DNA of 64,000 nucleotides from the human T2T-CHM13v2.0 reference genome, Homo sapiens. The stretch lies in assembly GCF_009914755.1 (NCBI RefSeq), contig NC_060944.1. One strand, given 5' to 3'. The position numbers were made by a program, and so were the translations under genes. Positions within the stretch are counted from its first letter, which is position 1. The number at the start of each line of letters is the position of its first letter. Shown piece after piece: positions 52,726-64,000 of this stretch. A model generated the notes under the pieces. The model searched no databases. It had not been told where the DNA came from and saw only the letters and a program-made list of their open reading frames with translations.

Positions 52726-55516
52726 TTAGTGCAATGCCCAACACATAATGCATACTCCATAAACAATAACAACAGCTGACATCTGTTGGGCTATTAAGTA
52801 CCAGGTGCTATTTATTCCTAACAAAATCCTAGTGATGTAGGTATGATTATTACCCCCATTTGATGGATTAGGAAACTGAGGTGCAAGGAGGTGGTTAGCA
52901 AGGTAATGGCTGTGCAGACCAGGGTAGACCAAAGCAATCTACCTCCACAGCCAGACCTTCATACAAGTGCCCTGCTGCTGTTCTCAGCTAAATATTAGAC
53001 CCAATGAAAGGCAGACAAAGTAATTTAAATCTAATCAGTGGTTGCCAAGGCTAGGGTGGAAGGTCTATGTTGTGGGGGCATAGGTAGGGGTTGCAGAGGA
53101 GCACAGAGGAAACTTTTGGGCTGATGGCAATGTTCTATACCTAGATTGGAGTGGTAGCTACATTGGTGTGCACATTTGTCAAAACCTGTCAAACTACACA
53201 CCTGTTCTCATAATGAGAGTGATAATGACAATGACTTCACATCTGATGCATCCGTGTCCCACAGGATTCATAATACTTAATGTCCTATTATTTGCATGAT
53301 CACTGTTGGAATGAAACTATTCCTGCCCTGCCCTTGCTTTCTTATGTCCTTTCAAGGCAACGATCTTGCATATTCTAGGAAACATGAACTTTTTCTTGGA
53401 TTTGGTCCTGTCTGGAGCCATCTTATGGCTCTTACTTTATAGTAAGTTTTGTTAACTTTATTCCATGTCCATAGGACATCAAACAGCGCACCATCCTAAG
53501 AGCCACCCTCATAGAACATATCCTCAGCGAAACAGGACAGGTATCAGGTTACGTGGGGGATGCTATGATTAGTTAATCCATCTTACAGGGAGGCCAGGGA
53601 GGGACCACGGAGACCCATCAGACAACTGTGACAACAATCCAGGCAACAGACACCGGCCACCAGGGCCCATTGCTGGCAGTTGTAGGTAGTGAGAAGTAGT
53701 TGAATTCTCGATCAATTTCCAAGATCACGTCTGACAGCTTGGCTGATAGATCTGTTGTGATATGTGAGGCAAAGAGAGAAACCAAGGGCAATTCCAAGTT
53801 GTTGGTCTCAGGGAAGGTGGGGTTGTCATTTACTGAGATGGGGGAGACACACTGTCACCAATTTCCATACCTTGAAAAACACATCCCGAGACTCTGCTTA
53901 ATACACCCTACATTGGAAAATGTCCAGATTCCCAAGTCCCTTAGCTTTTCTATCAGTGCTCACATTCATTCATGAAATTTATAGATGTGCAAAAAGTCTC
54001 CCGCTGGGAGAATTTCTGTACAGCACATCCTATTTTCCTATTGACTTAAGATACATTGTTTTAGAGAAAAAATTAAATAAGCTGCCACAGTTAATACAAA
54101 GTTATCCTTCAGGATACCTAAAATTTATTTCCTGGGGGCCAGAGAAGAACAACTGTAAAACAAATTAACTCAACTTGGAATGAATATCCCAAGAACCCAG
54201 GTTATTGGACACACACACTAAAGGTTGAAAGCAAAAAGAATAATACAGAATCAAACTCCACAACCAAAAATTCTCTAAGTTTTGATTTGTCATCATCCTT
54301 TCAGTTTCTCAAATGAGGCAGATCCTGCATCTCAGAGGTAAGATATCTTTGAGAATCACAAGACCAGAGTCCATAAATACTTATAACCCCCAGCCCTTTG
54401 TTCAAGCAAAATTGTATGTTGAATCTCAGTATATAAAACAGACAAACTTTGAATGTAAAAATCAGAAAAAAAGGCACTCTTCTGGAGAAGTGAGAAAAAG
54501 AGCTGTCGATGGGCTTCTCTGTTCTCTCCCTCCCTTCCACCTATCCTGGCAGCCCCTAAACCTCCCCGATTTGGGGATTCAATGGCAGATCATCAGATCA
54601 TCACCAAGCCCCTATCATTTCCCTGGCTCTACAGATGTGGAGACTGGGACCAGAGAGGGGAAGAATGAGTCAGCAGGTGGATGTCAGAGCCGTTTCCAGA
54701 ACCCCAAAGCTCCCCCAACAAGAAGCTGAGACCCTTTTGTTGGAAAAGCCTCAATGTGTGCTTGGAGCCAAAGGGCATCATCCCAGAATTCCACAGAGAT
54801 AGAGGGCAGGCCCGTCCCAGGTATACAGCACAGCAAACAAGGATGTGGGGAAGCAGTGGCACAATAAACAGCACCCTGTTTAGAGAAGCTCCTGGAATCC
54901 CAACATTCTGCCTACAGAGCTTTAGTAACCACCTGGGGAGCCAGTGTACCAAAGGCTTCAGACTTGGCCAAGGCCACCTCAGCCTTCTTAGGCTGGGAAC
55001 CTGAATATCAGCTGGGAACAATCGGTTTCCACAGCTCAGAGAGCCAAAGGGGCCTTCCTGAAGACATACAACTTTGGAGAGATGGAGCCACCTCTCCTCT
55101 TGAGTCTTGGCTCCTGGTACAAAAGCAGCATGAAACTCTGTCTCCAGCCCATTATCCTGCTTCATGTTCTTTTATGTAACCGGTTACCACCTGAAAGCAG
55201 ATTTTATAGCTTTATATGTTTTCTCCTCTATTAGAATGCAAGCTCTAGGAGAGCAGGGATTGTGTTCCCAGTGCCAAGAACAGTTCCTGGCACATTGTAG
55301 GCACTCAAAATATCTGTTGAATGATGAAAACATGTTTCTACAACTTAGAGAAAAAGCTTGATCCAAGCTATCATTCATTCATCCATCCATTTAGCAAACT
55401 TTATTCCTGACCACATTTTATGCCCTGGGCTGGAAGCTGGTACAAGGAAAATGACTAAGACATAGCCTAAATTTTTAACAAGTAAATCTGGCCATGCCAA
55501 CCAATAAACAGTTCTT

Positions 55517-55641
55517 AGTCAGGTGCCTATAGTCCCAGGTACTTGGGAGGCTTAGGGAAGATGATTGCTTGAGGCCAGGAGTTCAAGTCCAGCCTGGGCA
55601 ACACAGTGAAACCTGGTCTCTAAAAACCAAACAAAAAAAAA
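55517..55641 (+). mobile_element. FLAM/Alu monomer
   Basis: gcctatagtcccag...gaggccaggagttcaag..cagcctgggcaac. Confidence 0.85.
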
Positions 55642-55705
55642 CTACAGTGCTTCTCAAACCCAAATCACCTTCCCAGGCTCTTTCTGCCAAATATCCCTCA
55701 AACAA

Positions 55706-55890
55706 CAGATGTGTGTTGGTAAATGTTGAACAATTGGCTCTCTGAAAAACTTGTGTGTGTGTGTGTGTGTGCGTGTGCGTGTGTGTGTGTGTGTATTAAG
55801 GTCTGTATTTAATAACTGGCTATTAGAATTCCTAAAAATTTGACAAGCACATTTCCCAAGCCAGCATAAGCTGGCTGCAGCACACCACTG
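55706..55890. mobile_element. MER63-like hAT MITE containing (TG)n (55752-55794)
   Basis: Terminus cagcacaccactg; gttggtaaatgttgaacaattggctctc. Confidence 0.55.
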
Positions 55891-56289
55891 TGGGCCTCCA
55901 GGCAGAAGAACATCCATGTATCACCCCCTGGGCCAGGAAATCTGCATCACATTCTGCGCAAAACTGACTTTCTTCCACCCATGCTTGGTATCCTGCTCCA
56001 CAATGAATTCGTGCTTTTAAAAATATACAATTACTTTCTATCAAATCTTCCTGCTGACCCAAGAAGGAATGCCCCATGTATCCTGTTCTGTGTACCACTC
56101 ACCAGACCAACAGGTATCCCAATTTGTAAATATGAGTCCTCGGTGGAGATTATAGTCTCAAATTCCCACAGAAGCCCAGACATACCATAAATTAACTCTT
56201 GGACCCCTTCAGACAATCCTCATCTTTGCGTTTTGAAAATGATATGACTATAAGATGTTTCACTTTCATCTTAGGTCTATTATGAGACA

Positions 56290-56429
56290 CCTAGACCCCT
56301 AGACTGTAGTCCACACTGCTACTTGGCATTCAAGGTTTGGTGCCCAGCCCATCCCTGGTCCTAGATTCCTAGACTGTAGTCCACCCCTCTACTAGGCATT
56401 CAAGGTTTGGTGCCTAGCCCATCCTTGGT
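56290..56429. repeat. 70-bp tandem duplication (2 copies, ~89% identical)
   Basis: cctaga..cctagactgtagtccac...ggcattcaaggtttggtgcc.agcccatcc.tggt twice. Confidence 0.92.
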
Positions 56430-56595
56430 TCATATGCTTCCACTGCTCAAGGAGACAGACATGAAGACAAATCATTCACCTCCCAGAGAGACAAGGGCTA
56501 AAACAGAGTTTAAGACAGTGAGCTATGGAGCAAAGGTGAAAGGCAGCTGTGTCAGCCAGTGGGGTCTGAGAAGGGCAGACACCTCAGCACCTCCT

Positions 56596-56951
56596 TGCTA
56601 TGGTCTCAGTGTTTCTGTCCCCCCAGATTCATACATGGAATCCTCATCCCCATTGTAGTGGTAATAAGAGGCAGGGACTTTGGGAGGTGATTAGGTCGTG
56701 AGGGCTCTGCCCTCACTAATAGGATTAGTTTCCTCATAAAAAGGGCCTAAGAGCCTTCCTTCTGCCATGTGAGGACACAGCAATAAGGCACTGTCTTTGA
56801 AGCAAAGAGCAAGGCCCCACCAGGCACTGAATCTGCCAGTGCCTTGATCTTGAACTTCACAGCCCCCAGAACTGTAAGCAATATATTTCTATTGTTTAAA
56901 TATCACCCAGTCTAAGGTATTTTGTTATAGTAGCCCAAATGGACTAAGACA
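56596..56951 (+). mobile_element. MLT1A-type MaLR solo LTR nested in an older ERVL LTR (~56548-57299)
   Basis: tgctatggt...ggactaagaca ends; TSD ctcct/gtcct. Confidence 0.82.
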
Positions 56952-58454
56952 GTCCTCCGTCTCTCGCTTCAGTGCCCATCATTCCTGTTCACACCAGTGA
57001 CGTCTTCAGATTTCTCCGGTTTCAGAAGCACACTTGGCCAAGACTGCCAAGAAATAACACTCCAGGAGTAGCTCCTAGCCACGAACTTCAGTTGCCTTTC
57101 AGTGGGATAACTGAGGCATGTCGAATACCATTTCCCAGAAGTCCCCAGTAAGGCTGAGTCACTGCTGCTGGTAGTAACCTCTTCATTGGCACACTTGTAT
57201 TTCTTCCATGCTCTTCACTGTTTCCCTTCTCCACTGCCCCCAAATTCCTTGCAGTCAAATTGTTGTCTCAGGGTCCTTCTGAAGACCCAATCTAAGACAG
57301 AAGCCTTCTCAGACAGGGTGACATCTTTCCGAGCTAGGATTTGAGAGGTGTTTGGCACAGAGAAGGAGAGGGACTGCCTTCTTGCCTATGCTGGAAGCCT
57401 CTTTTGTATTTGAGTCAAAAAAAGGCTCATGTCCTCCAGCTGGATTTGGGGTTTATCTGAGCCAAACCCAGTTGAGAGAGGTCCCAGGCATGATCTGATA
57501 CAATAGAGTCCAAGCTCTGTCATTAGAGCCTGAGTGTTTAGGTCTCTCCTCTCCATCTGCACTGCCCTTGACTAAGGTCAAACTTCATCAGCTTTCACTG
57601 AGACTATTTCTCAACCTTTGCACTTGTCTTCATGAATCCTCCACATAAGCAGTCAAAGGAATACTTCTAAAATGCACTTCAGATTATGTCACTCCCCTGC
57701 TCAAACACCTCCTCTGGCTCCCCATGGCCCCCAGACTCACAGTCATGGCATTCAAAGCTTATCAGTGTGTCCCAGTACAGGCTTCCCACATTCCCCACTT
57801 TCTCTGTTATCTTGGACACAGTTCTCTCAGCAGTCTACGCTGCTTGTCATTCTCTGGGCCTTTGCACATGCTTTTCCTTTTGCCAGGAACATTCTTCTGC
57901 TTCTTCATCTAGTGAATTATGACTCATCTTGTAAAGGCCATTTTTATCCTGTGACCCCCACCCTAAAGTCCTGGTCAGTTCCAATATCTATGCTCTCACA
58001 GCACTCGGTTCACAGAAGAGCAGAACAGCACAGCGGTTAAGAACATGGGCTTGTTGCAAGACTTCCTGGATTTGAACTATAGCTTGATTACACCATGACT
58101 TTCGTGACCTTGGATAGGTGACTTAATGTCCCTGTGATTCAAGTTTCTGTCATTTGCAACTCAGACTCCTGACTAAAACACTCACCTTCTCCATCCTCCT
58201 AACAATAAATAATACCTGACATTTTAATAGAACTTAATGTGCGTGCTTTCATCCTTGCTATTGCAAAATTCAGAATATCTCTGTCACACAGTGATGGAAA
58301 AAATAAGAACATTTATTGAATGTTACTATGTGCCTGGGACTGTTCTAAGTATGTTATGTCTATTTGTTCATTAAACAACCTTATGAAAGGAAGGTTAGTA
58401 TTATTTTCATTTACATTTAGCAAATGAGAAAATTGAGGCACAGAGAGGTTAAGA

Positions 58455-59741
58455 CAAGGGATCTTCAAAAAGTTCATGAAAAGTATGTATTATTTAAAAA
58501 CTATGCATGGGTTTCAAATTTTTGCACCAAAATAAACTCATACTAACTTATTATCACATGTCTGAACAGAATCTAGTTTGAGGCACTAAAAAGGATAGTT
58601 CGAAAACAGCCCCTATCAGAGCAACATGAATTCTGCTAAAACTGAAGCAAAAACAAATATCAAATTGATGATGAAGTTTGGATGGAAGAATAATGAAATA
58701 ATTGACACTTTATGAACAGTTTATGGGGACAATGCTACAAAGAAATTCTAGTTTACAAATGGATAATTTGTTTTAGAAGGGATGAGACTATGTTGAAGAT
58801 GAGGCCTGTAGTGGCAGAGCATCCACATGGATCTGCAAGGAAAAAAAAATTCATCTTGTTCATGCCCTAATTGAAAAGGACCAACAATTAACAGCAGAAA
58901 CAATAGCCAACACCACAGACATCTCAACTGGTTCAGCATACACAATTCTGACTGGAAAATTAAAGCTGGGCAAACTTTCCACTTGATGGGTACCAAGACC
59001 ACTGCACCGAGATCAGCTGTAGACAAGAGCAGAACTGTCAATGGAAATTTTAAACAAATGGGATCAAGATCCTGAAGCATTTCTTCTAAGAATTGTAACA
59101 GGAGATGAAACATGGCTTTGCCAGTACAATCCTGAAGACAAAGCACAATCAAGGCAATGGCCATCAAGAGTTGGAAGTGGTCCGGTCAAAGCAAAAGTGA
59201 ACTGGTCAATAGCAAAGGTCATGGCAACATTTTTGGGGGGATGCTCAAGGCATTTTCCTAATTGACTTTCTGGAGGGCCAAAGAACAATAACATCTGCTC
59301 ATTATGAGAGTTTTATGAGGGTTAGCCAAAGCTTTAGCAGAAAAATGCTAGGGAAAGCTTCCCCAGAGAGTCCTTCACCACAGCAATGCTCCTGCTCCTT
59401 CCTCTCATCAAACAAGGACAGTTTTGTGAGAGTTTTAATGGGGAATCATTAGGCATCTGTCTTATGGTCCTGATATGGTTTCTTCTGACTTCTTTTTGTT
59501 CCTAATCTTTAAAAATCTTTAAAGAGCACCCATTTTTCTTCAGTTAATAATGTAAAACAAAGATGGCATTGACATGATTAAGTTCCGCAGACTCTTAGTT
59601 TCTTAAGGATGGATTAAATAGCTGGTATCATCATTACAAAAGTGTCTATAACTTGATGGAGCTTATGTTGAGAAACAAAGTTTGTATTTTTATTTTTGTC
59701 TTTTAATTCCATTTTTTCATGAACTTTTTGAAGTCCTCTCA
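58455..59741 (+). mobile_element. Hsmar2 mariner DNA transposon, near full length (~1.29 kb), inserted in a MIR
   Basis: TIRs cttcaaaaagttcatgaaaa / ttttcatgaactttttgaag; internal transposase remnants. Confidence 0.92.
58626..59680 (+). pseudogene. Disrupted Hsmar2 transposase
   Basis: Starts MNSAKTEAKTNIKLMMKFGW; IVTGDETW (first catalytic Asp), LHHSNAPA, YGPDMVSSDFFLF; stops and frameshifts. Confidence 0.88.
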
Positions 59742-60770
59742 TCTTATAGATGGTTCTGGAATAAAAAAAAGTTGTGGCTCCAAATCCAGAAAAATACACT
59801 GAGTACATTCTGCACGGACAGAATAACTGGCAGCTGAGTCAGCTGCTAGGGGCAACCCAGGAGGTCTTAAGCAATCTCTGTGTGGAACTTCCCGGCACAT
59901 CACATCCAATGTCACATGATATCTTCCCAAGAAATGGTTCTAAAATCAAATAAGTTTTTCAGGAACTGTTCTCCCTACCGCTCCGCTAAAAATTCATAAT
60001 TGGTACACTGAAAGTGCTAACAAATCATGTAGTACATATATTTATTTGACCTTATCTAACCCAAAGTTTCCAAAATACGTTTGACCACGGATTGAAATAT
60101 TTCTTAAAATCCTCCACAACTTATGCTCCATGGAAAATAGGGTGGTAAATGGTGCCAAATTGTAACCTGCAAAGGTTCATCCATTCAAAATGATTTACTG
60201 ACTCTGTCTCCTCGACTACTAAGAAAGTTCCCTGAGAAGACGGACCCCATTGCTTTTATCTTGTTCACGTCTGTGTCCCCAGAACTTGGCACAGTCCCCA
60301 ACACATTGATGGAGTTGGTTTCAGGGAGTGTGGAATGAGTGAAAGAATAAATAGATTGTGACCCTGACTCTTTGCTGGCCACCATGCTGGAAGTTCAGGA
60401 GGTAGAGATGAGTAAGTGAACATCTGCCCTTGAGGATCTCAGAGTCTAGGGATCAAGCAGGTGGATGCCGGCTCAAATAACTACAATGGGATCAACATGT
60501 GGTTCTCAGTAAGCTAGGGACACCTAGGGGAAAGTAATTAACTTAACTCAGAGGACAAAGAAAGATAGCAGGGAACAGTTTTCTTAGGAAGAGCTATTTA
60601 AACTAAATCTCAGACAATAAAAGCTTTTGCAGATTCCTAAGGTCAGAGCCTCCCCTTTGTCCAGCAGGCACTTGAGCATTTATTTGCCTATTGTACTTTA
60701 AAATATGAGGGCAGATTTCTGGAGCAGTAGGGGATTCTTGCAAATTTGCTCCTCTAACTCAACAGGAATT

Positions 60771-60779
60771 GGTGTGTGG

Positions 60780-60824
<45 letters not shown>
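60771..60824. repeat. (TG)n microsatellite
   Basis: Direct reading. Confidence 0.95.
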
Positions 60825-60825
<1 letters not shown>

Positions 60826-60929
60826 TGATACTCATGAATAGCAACAAAGTTACAAATTTAAGAAGGCAATATAGCTTCCCTGCTAGGGACACTCTAAGGT
60901 CAGAACTTAATAGATGACAAGAATTTTAA

Positions 60930-61330
60930 AAAGACATGACTCAGATCTTACAATATCAAAGGGATACAAAGGGATAGTTTGAACAACTTTTTACCAATAA
61001 CTTTGATGATTTCAAGTAACCAGAGGAACTTCCTGATAAAAACATACCTTTCTCAACTATCAGAAAAAGAAATTAAAAAGTTGAATATTTCAGTGTCTAT
61101 TGAAGAAACTGAATCAATCATTAAAAACCTCCCCACGAAAAAGCTCCAAGCCCTTCTGGCTTCAATGGTAATTCTACCAAACATTGAAGGAATAAATAAT
61201 ACCATCTTGCACAAACTCTTTCAGAGAGCAGAGAAAAAGGGAACACTTCCCAATTCATTTTATGAGGACAGGATAACCCTGTTACCTGGGTGATCCTGAC
61301 AAGGGCATTAAAAGAAAAGAAAATGGAATA
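60930..61330 (+). mobile_element. Degenerate L1 ORF2 internal fragment
   Basis: ESIIKNLPTKK...LHKLFQ...GTLPNSFYE matches L1 ORF2p pre-RT region. Confidence 0.85.
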
Positions 61331-61538
61331 CAATGGTTGAGAACAGTGACATGCAGTCACCTGGAAAATTTCAATTCTCAGGAGCTCTGGTGAGAGTTTC
61401 CTTTTCTATGCAGCTTCACATCTCTATGCAGAAGAATAACTACAGTATAATGACAATCACAATCACCAACATTTTTTGAGTATTCTCTAAGTTTCAGGCG
61501 TCTTCTATGTATTAACTCATGTAATGCCCCTAACAATC

Positions 61539-61685
61539 TTTTCTTTTCCTTTCCTCTCTATCTTTTTTTGAACCAAGGTCTAACTATGTTGCCCAGGCTG
61601 GTCTTGAATTCCTGGGCTCAAGTGAACCTCCCATCTCAGCCTCCCAAGTAGCTGGGATGACAGGCATACACTGACACACCTGGAT
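61539..61685 (-). mobile_element. FLAM/Alu left monomer within a MIR
   Basis: ctatgttgcccaggctggtcttgaattcctgggctcaag. Confidence 0.85.
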
Positions 61686-62771
61686 TCAGGAAGGTACTAT
61701 TACTTTCCCCCTCTGTTTTGGGGGAAATTATAAAAAGATGTCTATTTAGGTCATGCATACAATGCTGTGTCCCAGGTAATTCAGTCCCAGGGTAGTGTTG
61801 CAGCTTACAAACTGTGTAGTCTAAACAGGAATTCTAATTTTTAAACTCTTCTCTTTTAAACATTTAAGGGACTCAAAGTATAACGATCGCTAGCAATTAA
61901 TTAGCAAGCAATTAATTTCCAAGTAATTGCATTTGTGAACTCATTTTATTTTCAAAACAATCCTTTGAGGCAGATATTATTAGCTCTGTTTTACTGATGG
62001 GACATGGAGGCAAACAGGAAAAGTCAAGTAACTTGCCCATAGCTGCTGAGGCAGTCAGGATTTGAACCCAGGTGGTCTGACCAGAGTTTTCTCTTTATCA
62101 CTATGTATTTCTGCACAATCCGTGGGTGTTCTTGTCAAATGCCTACATCCTCTCTATTCTCTAGCATGCCTGAAAATCTCTCTCGTTCCTAGGCCAAGAG
62201 AACCTCTCTCAAGCTTCCTGGCTCCTTGCCATCTCTGCCCCTCCATGACTCCCCATCTCTGCCTCACTGTCTCCCACAAGGCATGCTAATAATAACCATC
62301 CTGTTCCTTGCCAATTCCTCATTCACAGGAACCCCATCCTTCTAGTTCTGGCTCCTTTCTCCAGAAAATAACCTATCTGGAGGCTCTAGTTCTTCCTCTC
62401 TTCATGCAATAGCAACAACAATCACTATCACCATAATAATACTAATAACAGTCAATACCTATTGAGAATTTGCTATGTGGCAGACACTGCCCAAACAACT
62501 GTACCTGTGTATTATCTCAGTTTAATTGTGATTGTCACAACAGCCCTATGCAGGAGGTTCCATGATTATCTCCATTTAGCAGATAATGCAACTGAAGCAC
62601 AGAGTGAATAAGTAGCCTGACCAGGGTCACAGAGATGAAAGTAGTGGACAGCCTGCTGGGTAGACACAAGGCAAGCTGCTCATAGCATTATGCTATTACA
62701 CAAGGGGGAGATGGAGAGAGCTAGACAAGCTATTCCCAAATATCCAATCAGTGTTAGGATGGATAGCAGCA

Positions 62772-62894
62772 AAATTGTTTAGCATAAGTATATCCCATGC
62801 ACTATTTGGGATATACTTATAGTTTAAAAATGACTCCTTGTTCATCTGAAATTCAAAGTGAACTTAGCACCCTGTGTTTTATCCCTCAACCCTA
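62772..62894. mobile_element. MER53 palindromic MITE (partial)
   Basis: Central hairpin ataagtatatccca/tgggatatacttat then atctgaaattcaaa...caacccta. Confidence 0.75.
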
Positions 62895-63629
62895 GCTGGA
62901 CCAACATTCCAAAGATGTGAGGAGGGAAAGCCCAAGTATTTCTAAAGACCAGATGTGGTTCTGAAGTGAGAATTTCAGCCCAGGTCCTCTTTAAAATCCT
63001 GCCTAAGAGGTCTGCTTCTAAGTGATATAGGACCCCTAAGGGAGTTCCCATATATAGGAAACCAGGAACTAGAGGGGGAGCAGCCAGGGGAAAAAAAACC
63101 CAAGGGAAGGGCTGTGAAGTGTTCTGAGAAGGGGGAGATCCTCTAGTCTCCCGACTCTGTAATGCTCACAAGAGAAGGGTCTGCTGTAAAGGGAAGCTGA
63201 GGGGCAGGAGTCATGCACCTGCTAGGCTCCTTGTCTTTTCCTGCCCCCTGGCTTCTTTCACTGTGGCTGTCACAAACCTTGCTTAAGAAAATAAGGAAGA
63301 AGAGATGAAACCGTAAAGGGGAACTCAGGAGACAATAATCTCTCTTTCCTCTTTCTCTCCCAGCTTCCAGCCTGTAGAGCCCTCAGGAAGGGGAGGGGAA
63401 AGGATTTCACTTCAAATCAAGTTCCACATTCTGATGATCACCTGGAACTGACCATTCTAATTTCTGAATTGAGACCATGTTTGTGTATTAAAGTAATTGG
63501 AGGATTTTAATTACATCTCAAGAGTGATAGGAAAAGGCATGTGTCTGCAGGGGTTTTTGTCCAAGTAATAGGAAAAGAACTTCCCCACTGAAAATATTTT
63601 AGAGCACTAGCTGGAGAGAAAAATAAACA

Positions 63630-64000
63630 TGACTTTTAAAAAATAGCTCATTGAGCTATAATTTACATAAAATAAAAGTTCTGACAAATGGTCATATTCA
63701 TATAGCCACCATCCCAACCAAGATATAGGACATTTACATCTCCCCAGAAAGTTCCTACATGCCCCTTTCAGGTCAATTCCCACATCCTCTCCAAAACAGT
63801 GCTGCAATTTCTATCACTATAGATTGGTTTTTGCCTGTTCTGGGATATAATGGAATCATACAGGATGTACTTCTGTCTCTGGCTGTCTTTTAATTTTAAT
63901 TTTACCAACAAGAATGAGCTTGAAGTGTGTCTGGCTGTTTTGCTCAGCGTGATGTCTGTGAGATTCCTCCACGCAGTTGTGTGTACCAGTAGCCTATTCT
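63630..64000 (-). mobile_element. Old L1 (L1M) 3' end, runs off the window
   Basis: accatcccaaccaagatataggacattt...atggaatcataca. Confidence 0.7.

Noticed and set aside
54313-55179. Overlapping 107-178-aa ORFs in intron 1
   Set aside because: No homology or motifs recognised and no clear exon structure; lengths plausible by chance
58748-59294. ORFs suggesting an active or domesticated transposase
   Set aside because: Frameshifts, stops and loss of the second catalytic Asp; longest sense fragment is 74 aa

Overview
Mammalian (human-type, Alu-rich) genomic DNA from the interior of SLC13A3 (NaDC3/SDCT2, Na+/dicarboxylate cotransporter), transcribed on the minus strand. Eleven coding exons (exons 2-12) can be placed with AG/GT boundaries and a continuous reading frame (1521 nt, about residues 38-544); the first and last coding exons lie outside the window. 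The remaining ~97% is intron filled with Alu, MIR, L2 and old L1 fragments, MaLR/ERV solo LTRs, hAT/Tc1-mariner MITEs, one nearly full-length Hsmar2 mariner, and simple or tandem repeats. I found no second protein-coding gene, RNA gene, CRISPR array or clearly new multi-gene system. The most interesting unexplained structures are small: a 38-nt poly(A)-signal-bearing micro-retrocopy with TSD in intron 5, a 120-bp templated insertion, a 17-bp E-box minisatellite, a candidate HNF4+HNF1 enhancer, inverted Alus bracketing the in-frame exon 11, and several local hairpins and duplications. Repeat subfamily names are from memory of consensus sequences and need RepeatMasker/Dfam confirmation; repeat edges without a TSD are approximate.
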